From contig OZ244052.1 of the NCBI GenBank assembly GCA_965215125.1, positions 896,001 through 960,000 on the forward strand: a stretch of DNA of 64,000 nucleotides, read 5' to 3'. Of this stretch, positions 17,773 through 28,046 are shown in pieces. How positions within the stretch are numbered: position 1 is the stretch's first letter; every line of letters begins with the position of its first letter. A program made the translations under genes and the position numbers. The DNA comes from an uncultured candidatus Porisulfidus sp. GTDB taxonomy: Bacteria > Pseudomonadota > Gammaproteobacteria > Poriferisulfidales > Oxydemutatoraceae. The notes below the pieces were generated by a model, which saw only the letters and a program-made list of their open reading frames with translations, was not told the DNA's origin and ran no database searches.

Positions 17773-19581
17773 CCCTAATTCCGCAATAGACCACCTGCAA
17801 AAGTCCGTAATCTCTTATGTTGCAACACTCTCATGCATATTCCCAATTCACCCATTAGGTGAAACATAATTATTACTAATTTTTTACATAAAACTCTGTA
17901 CAACGCCTTATTTTTTTGTTACTATTTACCAATTAATAACTTCGGAGGTATTATGTCAAAACAAAAAAATCAGCACAATCAATCATCGTATACGCTAGCT
18001 ACCACCCACCAGAAATTGACCTCTCGTTGTGGTTTGTTGGCATTGATTAAAGTGCTCAAAGCACTACAACTTAAGCCACAAGCAGACACTGTGTTTGCGG
18101 CACCGGGTAGCAATCGTGGCTACCGCAATGGCGACATTCTAACGAGCTTCATCTTGATGCTCAACGAGGGTGCGAGATGCCTTGAGGATGTCTGCCATTT
18201 ACACACCGAAAGGGTGTTGCTTAAGCTGGGAGGTATTAACAAGATACCGGGAGCAGACACTTTGGCGAGGTGGTTGAAACGCCATGGTCAAGCCGGTGCC
18301 GGTTTAGTTCACCAGCTCAATCGCACGGTGATTGCCAAGACCCTGAAGTTGTGGAAAGTAAAGCATGTGACTTTGGATATTGATGCGACTACTATTTTGA
18401 CCGAGAAAGTCGGTGCTAAATGGACGCGTTTTAAGGAGCGTGGTTTCATGCTAATGGTCGGCACGCTAGCTGAAGTGGGTCAAGTCATCGCCGTTGAGTT
18501 GCGCCACGGCAATGTCTCCCCGAACTTTGATAATATCGGTTTCATCAAGACCTGCCAAGCACAGTTGCCGAGTGGCGTAATACTCAAGCGGGTGCGTATC
18601 GACTCGGCAGGGTATCAACAAGCAATCATTGAATATCTAGTAGCTCAAGGAATAGAGTTTGTTATTCGTGCGCCGATGTACCCGTCAATAGCGCAAGCGA
18701 TTGCTGGTCTGTCGGAAGCAGACTGGCGACCATTGCGATTAAGCGACGGCAGTTTATCACCCCACGACTATGTGGCTCGCTGCACTTATCAGATGTATCG
18801 CAGCAACCTCGTATTTACGCTAGTCATTCAACGCCGCCTCAAGAGCGAAGCCGCTCGACAGTCTAACCAACCGGAGTTGTCGGGACTGTCTGAACAGCTG
18901 CGCTATCAACCCGACAAGTATGACTATCGTGTGATTGCGACTAACATCAACGGGCTAGACGATGCACAGATTGTACATGAGTATAATCAACGCGGTGAGC
19001 ATTCCGAAAACCGCATTAAAGAACTCAAATCGGATTTTGTTGCCGGTCGTTTGCCGTGTAGTGATTTTGCTGCCAATGCTCTGTATGTTTGTGTGTGTGC
19101 TTTAGCCTACAATGTGTTCGCACTGATGCGTGCCGGCTTAGCTAAACAGTTTCGTTCCTCTAGAGCCCCGACGCTCAGGGTCCGCCTGTTTGGTTTAGCG
19201 GCGAAGATTGTACGACAGGGTCGGCAATGGAAGCTCAAACTACACGAAGTGCATCGTAGTTTATTGAGTGGAGTTTTCTCAGACCTTGATGAGACTATCG
19301 GCAAGCTATTGCCGGATATGCGATACCCCTTGCTACATTAACTAGCCACCTTATCTCTTCATTACTCATAAGGCATCAATCAAAGTAGATGCCATGCCCC
19401 AGCATACCCTAATACTAGAGATTAGAGTACTTTGATGCTTCATTTAGCTCTCAATAGGAGTTTATCTCCCGTCACCGAGCAATGATGTGGCATTCAGTTT
19501 CGGGTTCAGGCGATTGCCCTGATAATTTAGCAGTAAATTATCCATCACATGCAATTTTCATGCTCTATTGAGAAATTAGGG
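17773..19581 (+). mobile_element. IS1380-family element, copy 1 (1809 bp)
   Basis: IRs CCCTAATTCCGCAATAGA / TCTATTGAGAAATTAGGG; 5-bp TGGCA duplication. Confidence 0.93.
17953..19341 (+). CDS. IS1380-family DDE transposase
   Basis: LTSRCGL, TLDIDAT, LRHGN, RIDSAGY, YNQRG..ENRIKELK. Confidence 0.93.
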   Translation: MSKQKNQHNQSSYTLATTHQKLTSRCGLLALIKVLKALQLKPQADTVFAAPGSNRGYRNGDILTSFILMLNEGARCLEDVCHLHTERVLLKLGGINKIPGADTLARWLKRHGQAGAGLVHQLNRTVIAKTLKLWKVKHVTLDIDATTILTEKVGAKWTRFKERGFMLMVGTLAEVGQVIAVELRHGNVSPNFDNIGFIKTCQAQLPSGVILKRVRIDSAGYQQAIIEYLVAQGIEFVIRAPMYPSIAQAIAGLSEADWRPLRLSDGSLSPHDYVARCTYQMYRSNLVFTLVIQRRLKSEAARQSNQPELSGLSEQLRYQPDKYDYRVIATNINGLDDAQIVHEYNQRGEHSENRIKELKSDFVAGRLPCSDFAANALYVCVCALAYNVFALMRAGLAKQFRSSRAPTLRVRLFGLAAKIVRQGRQWKLKLHEVHRSLLSGVFSDLDETIGKLLPDMRYPLLH

Positions 19582-20475
19582 TGGCAGGCGCAATAGAACC
19601 GCCGTTTGTTGTAAATAACCGTTCCTTGTTGCAGTAGCACAAGGAACGTCACCTTATACAAGATTCAGCTATTTATGGCTGTTAGAAATAATACGAATAG
19701 CAAAGACAAACGGCGTGACATTGTGCAGAACTTTGATACATAGTACAAAATGTAAAGCCTTTCCTTGGGGTGGTCGCAGCGTGGGGCTGTTGAAAAAGTA
19801 TCCATGAACTATAGGGACGGTACATTCCCCTCCTGTGGAGGGGTGGCAGGCGTAGCCTGACGGGGTGGTTGTCAAATATGGAAACCATAATCGGGCGGCG
19901 CAAAGCGATTGGGTTCTTGCAAAACGGGACTTTTTCAACAGCCCCGTCGTATCTGTACTATGTTTATACATTTATCCATCCAATTTATGGAAACCATTAT
20001 TTGTTGGCGCAAGCGGTTGGTGTCGTGCAGAACGGTACTTAAGGGCAGACATCAGAATTGCCGATTGACCTACTGGCTCAATCGGCGGCTTTATCCTGCT
20101 CCTACAGGTGGTTTGCAAATATTCACGACGCAAGCAGTTACGGTTGCACGCTGACGATACTTTTTCAACAGCCCCAGAAATATCTGCACAATTTAATTCC
20201 CCTCCTTCGGAGGGGTGGCCTATGCATTTTGCAATGCATGCGTTTAGCAGTCATGTTGAGGTTTTGAACGAAGTCACGCCGATTGACCTACTGGTTCAAT
20301 CGGCGGTTCTCTTCAGCCTGACGGGGTGGTCGCCGGGGTCTTGCACAATGTCACGCCGATTAACCTACGGGCTTAATCGGCAGCTTTGTTCTGCCCCTAC
20401 AGGTGGTTTGGATAATTATGCGGCGCACAGCGGTTGAGTTTGTGCGATGTCCGCACTTTTTCAACAGGCCCAAGT
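19582..20475. repeat. Large nested REP/MITE cluster (~900 bp)
   Basis: Multiple GGCTGTTGAAAAAG/CTTTTTCAACAG ends, CCCCTCC hairpins, GCCGATTGACCTACTGG palindromes, GCCCCTAC REP ends. Confidence 0.9.
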
Positions 20476-20494
20476 AAGTTATCCGCGCAATCGG

Positions 20495-21481
20495 CTACGA
20501 CACTAATGCCGTAACGACTTTACGCGTGGCTTCGGTTATGCCTTCCTCCGACTGGCTGTGCCCGGCTTTTTCTACGGTGACAACTCGGCTGTACGGCCAG
20601 CGACGCGCTAAAGAATACGCGGTTTGCGGTGGACACAGTAGATCGTAGCGAGCTTGGACGATAATACCGGGGATATTATGCAAACAATCGGCGTTTTCAA
20701 GCAATCGCCCCGGCGATAGAAAACAATGATTGGAAAAGTAATGTGCTTCCATGCGAGGTGTAGCGGGCATTTGATCCCGTTTCCCGACGGCATCCAGCGA
20801 TAGCTTTGAAGGTAAAATTTGCTCGGTAGGCAACGGTGGTTGCAATACCGACAAAGCTCGCTCGTAATCGTGCCAAACGAAGATCGCCGGATGAGAGACC
20901 GACGGGTCGTCGTCGAGGATGCGTTTGTAATACGCTTGCAGAGGTGCTTGCCTTTCATCTTCGGGCAATAAACCGACAAAAATTTCGTACAGTTCGGGAT
21001 AAAAAATCTTAGGCAAGTCTATAAAAGCTCGCTGTATTTCATCGTCGCCGCCCAAAAACAAAGAGCGCAAAACAAGTCCGGCGACGGCGGAAGGGTAGTG
21101 TTCGGCATAGGCTATCGCCAGCAAGGCACCCCACGACCCACCGACTACCATCCATTTTTCTATTTTCAGATTACTGCGTATTAGCTCGATATCTTCAATC
21201 AGATATCGGGTCTCGTTTTGTTCTAGACAGCCTTTGGGTGTGCTGTCGCCGGCACCGCGCTGGTCGGGGGCAACGATGCGAAATTTCTCAAGATCGAACA
21301 AGTCGCATAGGCTATTGCGACAACCGCTACCGGGGCCGCCGTGTAGAAAAACAACCGGATAACCATTCTCGGAACCGTATTCTTTTACCATAAGTTTATG
21401 AACGGTATCGGTTTCTATCCGATAACTACAGCGAGGTTCAATATCGGGCATCTTAAATTTATGAGGATTGTCTGCTTTCAA
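20495..21481 (-). CDS. pip: Prolyl aminopeptidase (proline iminopeptidase, S33)
   Basis: LHGGPGSG, DQRGAG, GGSWG, EAHYF, RYDLLCP, AGHS. Confidence 0.9.
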   Translation of the reverse strand: MKADNPHKFKMPDIEPRCSYRIETDTVHKLMVKEYGSENGYPVVFLHGGPGSGCRNSLCDLFDLEKFRIVAPDQRGAGDSTPKGCLEQNETRYLIEDIELIRSNLKIEKWMVVGGSWGALLAIAYAEHYPSAVAGLVLRSLFLGGDDEIQRAFIDLPKIFYPELYEIFVGLLPEDERQAPLQAYYKRILDDDPSVSHPAIFVWHDYERALSVLQPPLPTEQILPSKLSLDAVGKRDQMPATPRMEAHYFSNHCFLSPGRLLENADCLHNIPGIIVQARYDLLCPPQTAYSLARRWPYSRVVTVEKAGHSQSEEGITEATRKVVTALVS

Positions 21482-21503
21482 TCGGTGTTTAACACACCGA
21501 GAA

Positions 21504-22622
21504 TCAAGCGGTTTTGATCGGTATTCCTCCTATGCGTCTATAATCAAAAGGTACTTCGGTACGATGCGATTCTAAATTGGCAATTTCTACCAGTTGCTCG
21601 TGATGTTCGGAGAACTCACAAGCCGGATCCATATTGGCGGCGTCGCCGGTGATTGCGAATGCTTGACAACGACAACCTGCCCAATCTATCGTATGCCGCG
21701 GGCAACTGCGGCATTTCTCGGGCATCCAATCGGTGCCTCGAAATCTTTCGAATGCTTCGGAGTTTTGCCAAATATCCACAAGGCTACGTTCTTTAACATT
21801 ATCGAAGTTTAGCGAGGTAATACTTTCGGCGGCATGGCACGGCATCACTTTGCCCGACGGGGTGATATTCAGAAATTGTCTAGCCCACCCGCCCATACAT
21901 GCCTTGGGTCGTTTGGCATAGTAATCCGGAACCACATAATCGATGGTCAAAATACCCTTGAGTTGTTCTATTGCCTTTTCTACAACTTCGGTTGCCACCT
22001 CCAGCTGTTTCCGCAACGGCATCAGTGCCGCACGGTTATGATACGCCCAGCCGTAGTACTGTACATGTGCCACCTCCAGCCGAGAAGCTCCCAGACTGAC
22101 TGCGAAATCAATAATGGAAGGAAGATTCTCTATATTCATTTTATGTATTGGTGCGTTGACGGTTAACGACAAGTTATTGTCCTTCACCGCTTTGGCAATC
22201 CTGACTTTCTGCTTGAAGCTATGTTTATTACCGCTGATGTGGTTGGCGGTGTCTTCTTTGCTATCTTGTATGCTAATTTGTACATGCTTCAACCCGTAGC
22301 GAGTGAGGGTTTCCATGCGTTGTTCGTCGAGCGAAGCTGCGGAAGTAATCAAATTACTATACAACCCGAGTTCTTCGGCTGCTTTTACCAAATCTTCGAG
22401 ATCTTTGCGAACCGCAGGCTCTCCGCCGGAGAAATGGACTTGCAAAATTCCCATACCTACCGCTTGCTCCAGCACATCGCACCATTGTTCGGTATTCAAT
22501 TCACCGGCGGCGCGTTCCAGTTGCTCGGGATTAGAACAATAGGGGCACTGCAACGGGCAGCGGTGCGTCAGTTCGCACAATATAGAAACCGGCATCCCGA
22601 TACTTTGATCTTTGGCACTCAT
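21504..22622 (-). CDS. pqqE: PQQ biosynthesis radical SAM/SPASM enzyme
   Basis: ELTHRCPLQCPYCSNP, QYYGWA, CMGGW, GCRCQA. Confidence 0.97.
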   Translation of the reverse strand: MSAKDQSIGMPVSILCELTHRCPLQCPYCSNPEQLERAAGELNTEQWCDVLEQAVGMGILQVHFSGGEPAVRKDLEDLVKAAEELGLYSNLITSAASLDEQRMETLTRYGLKHVQISIQDSKEDTANHISGNKHSFKQKVRIAKAVKDNNLSLTVNAPIHKMNIENLPSIIDFAVSLGASRLEVAHVQYYGWAYHNRAALMPLRKQLEVATEVVEKAIEQLKGILTIDYVVPDYYAKRPKACMGGWARQFLNITPSGKVMPCHAAESITSLNFDNVKERSLVDIWQNSEAFERFRGTDWMPEKCRSCPRHTIDWAGCRCQAFAITGDAANMDPACEFSEHHEQLVEIANLESHRTEVPFDYRRIGGIPIKTA

Positions 22623-22924
22623 ATCGTCATAAAGTCCTTATCTACTAAATCTTGTAGCATCGTTTTTACATCCTTCTGAATCTCTTCGGAAGGCGCATTA
22701 TACTCTTTTGCCAATTTCTCGGAAATAGCTGCAACCGTGGTCTTTCCGTCGCACAATCGCAAGATTTCCAGCGCAATCTCGTCCGGTGTCAATAAACGTT
22801 CCGGTGCCAATAATACCCAAGCGTCGCGTACCTTGTCATGGTGTAGCCTGATATGTGTCGGTAATATCGGTATAGATTCGGCCGATACCATTGTGCGGTC
22901 GGGGAGTGTTTGCTTATCGTTCAT
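22619..22924 (-). CDS. pqqD: PQQ biosynthesis peptide chaperone
   Basis: DKVRDAWVLLAPER, ILRLCDG; lies between pqqC and pqqE. Confidence 0.95.
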   Translation of the reverse strand: MNDKQTLPDRTMVSAESIPILPTHIRLHHDKVRDAWVLLAPERLLTPDEIALEILRLCDGKTTVAAISEKLAKEYNAPSEEIQKDVKTMLQDLVDKDFMTI

Positions 22925-23660
22925 TCGGTACGAAACAGTCCGGTGGCACTAGACACGGCTCTACATAAGAAAAGTACAACGCGTCCAGTTGGCTCCACAA
23001 AATATCACATTTGAATCGTAATGCGTTCAATACGCCTTCTTGCTCGTCGATTGTGTGGGCATGATCGAGCACATATTGGAGCGCAAAATCGACATCGCGC
23101 CGCGCTTGGGTCAGCCTCGGTTTGAAATAGGCTAAGGTCTCTTCGGTTATAAAATCGTAATTTTTCAACATACCGGAGACCCTTTCGGCAATAATCGTCG
23201 GTGAGAAGATCTCGGTTAACGACGATGCGATCGCTTCGAGTAGCGGCCGTTCCGATACAAAGCGTACATAGGCATCGGCAGAAAATTTTGATGCCGGCAA
23301 AGCACCGTCTTGTGATATTACATAATCGCGTATTAAACCCAAACCGTCGGTCAGTTTGAGCCAACGTTCTATTCCACCCCCGCTTGTTTCGCTGCCGTCA
23401 TGGTCTTCTATTCTTTGCCGCCACTCGCGACGCATAACATTACAAGGCATTCTCGCCATCAAGTAGGTATCTTTAATAGGGATGATGGCTTGATAGCAAT
23501 AGCGATTTAGTGCCCACGCCTGGACTTGTCCGCGACCAAGTTCCCCGGTATGCAACAAACGATGAAAAGGATGCTTGTCGTGGTAGTAACGCTCGCCTAT
23601 TTCGTGCAGATGTTGCTTGAGCTGTTCCGGCATCAATGTCTCTTTCAGAGTGATTCTCAT
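22914..23660 (-). CDS. pqqC: PQQ synthase
   Basis: YHDKHPFH, WALNRYCYQ, RIEDHDG, SSLTE, FKCDILWSQLDA; ATGA overlap with pqqB. Confidence 0.96.
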   Translation of the reverse strand: MRITLKETLMPEQLKQHLHEIGERYYHDKHPFHRLLHTGELGRGQVQAWALNRYCYQAIIPIKDTYLMARMPCNVMRREWRQRIEDHDGSETSGGGIERWLKLTDGLGLIRDYVISQDGALPASKFSADAYVRFVSERPLLEAIASSLTEIFSPTIIAERVSGMLKNYDFITEETLAYFKPRLTQARRDVDFALQYVLDHAHTIDEQEGVLNALRFKCDILWSQLDALYFSYVEPCLVPPDCFVPNER

Positions 23661-24586
23661 AATAAAATTTCCATTCCATCGTGCGATATCGTCCAACCTG
23701 CTGACTCTACCATTTTTCTTTCGGGTGAGTTTTGAAGTAGCACGGGATTAGTATTGTTGATATGAATATAAATTTTCCGATCGATATCAATATCGCTAAA
23801 AGTTTTGAGCGAACCGTCGTCGCCGTCCATGTTGATATGTCCCATCCGTTCACCGGTTTTTTGTCCGACTCCCATTTTAACCATTTCGTCGTTTCTAAAT
23901 AAAGTACCGTCAAAAAATAAAAGCTCGGCACCGTTTAACCTTTGTTTGAGCCAATCGGGTACTCGAGCGCAACCCGGAATATAGTAGAACGAAGCGTTGC
24001 TTTGCAAGTCGCGTACATGCAAGCCCACCGTATCGCCTTCCTGGGTGCCAAAGTTATCGCCTTGGTTTTGATCTTCCAAAAACAATGCGACTTTGCCGGG
24101 AACGGCAAACGCTTCAACCTCAAGACCTAAGGATTCATTTTGTGCGTCTTTAACCTCAAAGGTATCGGATAATTCAAAGGTGTTGCGTTTGACATAATCG
24201 GGGTTGAGCACATTAAATATGCTGTTTGATGCCAGTATGCTTTGTACTCTGTCGGATGCATAAATGCGAAAAGGCTCGCTTTCACGCATCGTGAGTAATC
24301 CGGCAACATGATCGACATCGCCGTTAGTTAAAATAACCGCATCAATCGGGCTACCTCTGAGTCCGTTGCACGGATGGAGTGCTTTGCTTTGGTTAACTTG
24401 ATAACGTAAATCGGGAGAGCAGTTCAGAAGTAAGAATTTGCGGTCATCGGATGAAACCGCTATTGAAGATTGGCTTCTCGGAACTGAAAGGGTATTGCCG
24501 TTTCTCGCTAATCTACAATACTCTGTGTTGCAGTTCCATTGAGGAAATCCACCTCCTGCTGCCGACCCTAATACAACAATTCGCAT
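23657..24586 (-). CDS. pqqB: PQQ biosynthesis metallo-beta-lactamase-fold hydroxylase
   Basis: LGSAAGGGFPQWNC, RSQSSIAVS, HINNTNP. Confidence 0.97.
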   Translation of the reverse strand: MRIVVLGSAAGGGFPQWNCNTEYCRLARNGNTLSVPRSQSSIAVSSDDRKFLLLNCSPDLRYQVNQSKALHPCNGLRGSPIDAVILTNGDVDHVAGLLTMRESEPFRIYASDRVQSILASNSIFNVLNPDYVKRNTFELSDTFEVKDAQNESLGLEVEAFAVPGKVALFLEDQNQGDNFGTQEGDTVGLHVRDLQSNASFYYIPGCARVPDWLKQRLNGAELLFFDGTLFRNDEMVKMGVGQKTGERMGHINMDGDDGSLKTFSDIDIDRKIYIHINNTNPVLLQNSPERKMVESAGWTISHDGMEILL

Positions 24587-24633
24587 TGTGAATTAGTTTT
24601 CGACAGCAGTCGGTAGATAACTAAATGATCTAT

Positions 24634-24714
24634 TTAGAGCTCGGCGCAGGCATAGCAGTTAATCTCCATGCCAACAGAAGTTTCTCTAATAGAAGGTTGT
24701 TTCCAGTATTTCAT
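24634..24714 (-). CDS. pqqA: PQQ precursor peptide (26 aa, absent from ORF track)
   Basis: MKYWKQPSIRETSVGMEINCYACAEL with W-x-x-P and E-x-x-x-Y; GGAGG RBS; directly upstream of pqqB. Confidence 0.95.
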   Translation of the reverse strand: MKYWKQPSIRETSVGMEINCYACAEL

Positions 24715-24926
24715 TTTTACCTCCAGTTTTATAAACTTTAATCAATTGCTCACAAGTATCCATTTAATAAACGGTTCTTAGTGAATCGTTAGAACATAGT
24801 AGCATGATACCCCTAATCTCACAATAGAATATACAATTAATAATCTATATTACAGCGATAATAAATATATTTATAAGGGTGATAAAATGTCCTATATATC
24901 AGCACTTTAACAGATAATTTTTGTTC

Positions 24927-25322
24927 TCAAAAACAACGAATTTCGGCTTCGGCCTGAGCCGTACGCAATGTCTCAAGTGCTTTATTGACCCATTCCACAT
25001 CACGAAATATTGCGGTGCGTTCTCCCGACATCTGTCTCATTCTAACCGTGGTCTCGGCATCCACATACTCGTCATAAGTCATTAACTCGGCAATCGTATC
25101 TACGCTACACGAGCATTTATCAAGCATTTCTCGTGACTGACCATTCGTACTCATGCATGCAAAGACATATTCCGCGCGCGCACTGGTCGGAAAATCATTT
25201 GCGCTGGCTTGCTCGGTCACTAGAAAACCAAACACCAAAAAAAACATCAATGATGTTTTTCTATGTCCTTTTATAATTTGTCCTAACTTCATTTTTACTC
25301 CTTTTTTGCTTTGTGAATACAT
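24927..25322 (-). CDS. Small exported Cys-containing hypothetical protein of the xox cluster
   Basis: Signal peptide; NDFPTSARAEYVFACM...KCSCSVD...RCF. Confidence 0.8.
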   Translation of the reverse strand: MYSQSKKGVKMKLGQIIKGHRKTSLMFFLVFGFLVTEQASANDFPTSARAEYVFACMSTNGQSREMLDKCSCSVDTIAELMTYDEYVDAETTVRMRQMSGERTAIFRDVEWVNKALETLRTAQAEAEIRCF

Positions 25323-25324
25323 TA

Positions 25325-26080
25325 TTACTTTGTCATGTCCATACGATTAAATCGTATTAGTGTGGACTCAATCGGCTCTGCGGACGAGTCGTCTTCTCCG
25401 TTACCGGTTTTGGAGGGTATCAGCGTGCTGATACTATATATTCCACCCGGCACCGCATCGCTAACAACAAATTCATAATACTTTTGGGGATAGTCCTTGT
25501 AGAGATCATCATCTTGTTGTTGAACCAGAGGTTGAAAAAACACTTTGTGTGCTGTTTCGCTACGACCCTCAAAATCAATTTTAATTTCCTCGCTATCGGC
25601 ATTGGTTAGAAATGCCTGACGCAGTAAGTGGCGAAAATAATGGTGTGTTACTTTGCTACCGCTGTCCATTTTTTCTACATCCCATTGCAGAAAAAACATC
25701 AGCAACGGGTTAGCATGAAAATCCTTGATATCGGAGTAGGGTCTGTTATTCTCACCGCTCAAGAATGAAACTTCTAAATCTTTGCCACCGCGCTCCGAAA
25801 TACCGGTAATAGTCAAAATAATCTCGTCGTTAAAACTAAGCGTATTCGCTCCGTGCTGATGAAAATCATAATACAAAGCAGCTTCGTTTTTTATATTATC
25901 CAAGTGCGGAGTAGAAAATAATAACTCTTGTGCTTCGGAATAGCCGTTGCCGACTTGTTCTTTTTGCTCTTCACTCGGTTGCGTGTCGGCAAACGCAAGT
26001 GTTATGCAAAACAATAAAACTGCGTATAAATATATGCGCATATTAAGTAAATATTTCATGTTAATTGTCCTTTTGTTCAT
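25325..26080 (-). CDS. Exported hypothetical protein of the xox cluster
   Basis: Signal peptide; co-oriented and overlapping with the rhodanese gene. Confidence 0.75.
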   Translation of the reverse strand: MNKRTINMKYLLNMRIYLYAVLLFCITLAFADTQPSEEQKEQVGNGYSEAQELLFSTPHLDNIKNEAALYYDFHQHGANTLSFNDEIILTITGISERGGKDLEVSFLSGENNRPYSDIKDFHANPLLMFFLQWDVEKMDSGSKVTHHYFRHLLRQAFLTNADSEEIKIDFEGRSETAHKVFFQPLVQQQDDDLYKDYPQKYYEFVVSDAVPGGIYSISTLIPSKTGNGEDDSSAEPIESTLIRFNRMDMTK

Positions 26081-26651
26081 TAATAAATTCGGGCATCGGT
26101 ACCGCTTTACTACGTTCCAATTTATAACCTAAGGTTTCCCATTCGTCGCTACCGCCGGGGAACCAATAAACGTTATGATAACCCAATTCGAGTGCACGCT
26201 TTGCCGCGTTCCACGACATCCAGCAATCCATAAGACAATAAAAAACCAATGGTGGATTATCCTTTCCTGCTACTATTTTCTCCAGATTTTCTATTAAATA
26301 TTTCTTAAACAACGGTGAAATAGGTCCGTCTCCGACATTGGGTAACCACACGCTACCGGGTAAATTATAGCGTGGTGGTGTGCGCCATAAACGGTCGGGG
26401 GGGAAATCGGGTGGCTTACGCTCGAGCGGCAATACATCTATCAATACGGTTTGCTTATTCTCTTGCATCAGAGCATATAGTTCGATGGAGTCCACTACGG
26501 TTGCCCCGGCCAAGGTGGCAGGGGTGGGTGTTCTATATTCACCCATACGATAGCCTTGTGGCTCGGGAATAAAGCCACTGGCATTCACCGGCATTACAAC
26601 GGCTATAGCGACTAGTAGGGGTGTAAGCGGTGTCAAAGAATGCATTTGCAT
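26061..26651 (-). CDS. PQQ-catabolism-associated rhodanese-domain protein
   Basis: YRMGEYRTPTP, LPGSVWLPNVG, FYCLMDCWMSWNAAKRA. Confidence 0.88.
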   Translation of the reverse strand: MQMHSLTPLTPLLVAIAVVMPVNASGFIPEPQGYRMGEYRTPTPATLAGATVVDSIELYALMQENKQTVLIDVLPLERKPPDFPPDRLWRTPPRYNLPGSVWLPNVGDGPISPLFKKYLIENLEKIVAGKDNPPLVFYCLMDCWMSWNAAKRALELGYHNVYWFPGGSDEWETLGYKLERSKAVPMPEFINEQKDN

Positions 26652-27472
26652 TATCTTGCCGATACTAGCGGCACACCGTATTCGGTTAAAATAGCATCTA
26701 TGTCTTCTTTATTCCGGCGTATGAATGTATTCAGGGTTTTCTTCCATTCAGCTTCTCCGCGCCTAATGCCCATCGTGATAGAAAAAACCATCGGATACGC
26801 CTCGGAGTCGGCTTCGGCCAAGGACACAATTTCAAAAGGTGAGTCATATTGCTTATTTAAGTATCCGGCAACCGGACCCCACAAAACCGCAACATCTAAT
26901 TTACCGTCCATCATATCTTTGATAATTTGTTCGCCCGGTGAGTCCGCTCGCGTATCAACCCACAAATGATACGGAGACACCTGCTCCATCAGACCTTGCT
27001 CCAGCAATAATCCGCTCGGTGGTGTTCCGGCAATCAAACCTATACGTAGATTTCGCTCTCTTATAACTTTATCCGTCAAGGAAGTCACCTCATAATCGGC
27101 TTGCGACGGATAAACGATTACAAAAGCCGATGTGTAGTATGGGTTGGTATTCAAGACTAACTCGTGGGCTGCCGAAAAACCGATGATTACGTCGCATTTT
27201 CGTGCGCGTAAGGTAGTACGAACGAACCCCATACTTTGCGGAAACCAAAAATAATTTACGGGTAATTCCAAGCTATCGGCAAGAAGTTTAGCTATTTTAT
27301 TTTCAAATCCTTGCTGTAATCTATTTGAAAACGGTAAATTACTCGGATCGCCGCATACACGCAACGATGTCCGTGATTTTATTTCGGTTATACCCTCGGC
27401 GGATACTTGAGAAGCATATATAAGCGATATAGCGAGGGCAATAGCTAGATAAAGTTTCATAATCTTTACCAA
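26651..27472 (-). CDS. xoxJ: XoxJ/MxaJ-family periplasmic binding protein
   Basis: LRVCGDPSNLPFSN...GFENKIA, GFVRTTL, WGPVAGY. Confidence 0.92.
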   Translation of the reverse strand: MVKIMKLYLAIALAISLIYASQVSAEGITEIKSRTSLRVCGDPSNLPFSNRLQQGFENKIAKLLADSLELPVNYFWFPQSMGFVRTTLRARKCDVIIGFSAAHELVLNTNPYYTSAFVIVYPSQADYEVTSLTDKVIRERNLRIGLIAGTPPSGLLLEQGLMEQVSPYHLWVDTRADSPGEQIIKDMMDGKLDVAVLWGPVAGYLNKQYDSPFEIVSLAEADSEAYPMVFSITMGIRRGEAEWKKTLNTFIRRNKEDIDAILTEYGVPLVSAR

Positions 27473-27530
27473 TATATACTATATGCGTTTTATCGGAAGC
27501 GGTAGAGCAATCGGATTACGCAAGTTTAGG

Positions 27531-28028
27531 TTATGAACCGAAGCAGGCTTTATCTCTTTCTATGGCTTCCTCGGGTTTAGCTTGTTTATCGGGACGTTCC
27601 GTTCCTATTACCTTATCGGCTCTTGCGTAAAGGTATGCATAAATATCATCCAAGAAACACATTACATTTAAGTTTGTCCCGAAAGCGGGCATAACATTCT
27701 GCATATCTGCACTAACATTCACTCTGCCGTTTACGACGACTTCCCAAAATTCTTCGTAACCAAGATTTTTCGTTGAATCGAGTAAATTAGGGGCAAAAGA
27801 ACTTCCCAAGCCGGCAGGCCCGTGGCACACATGGCATTCGGCGTGATAGCGCCTGAAGCCACTAAATGTATACCAGTCTACTCTGCCTTCATCATCGATG
27901 CTATAGGGTTTCTCCTCTTCTGCCAAATCTGCTTGGTCGGAAGATGCATAACCCGGCATCAATATCAAAGCGAGTAACATTGCGCCCAGAAACATCCAAA
28001 GTGATTGTCTTATCTTTTCAGAAATCAT
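27531..28028 (-). CDS. xoxG: XoxG c-type cytochrome
   Basis: CHVCH heme motif, VMPAFG; directly after xoxF; AGGAGA RBS before ATG 28028. Confidence 0.9.
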   Translation of the reverse strand: MISEKIRQSLWMFLGAMLLALILMPGYASSDQADLAEEEKPYSIDDEGRVDWYTFSGFRRYHAECHVCHGPAGLGSSFAPNLLDSTKNLGYEEFWEVVVNGRVNVSADMQNVMPAFGTNLNVMCFLDDIYAYLYARADKVIGTERPDKQAKPEEAIERDKACFGS

Positions 28029-28046
28029 AGTTTTATCTCCTGTAAA

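Noticed and set aside
19582-20475. Possible CRISPR array from recurring ~27-45 bp palindromes
   Set aside because: Repeats are of several types, in both orientations and irregularly spaced; the intervening DNA is itself repeated elsewhere; no cas genes
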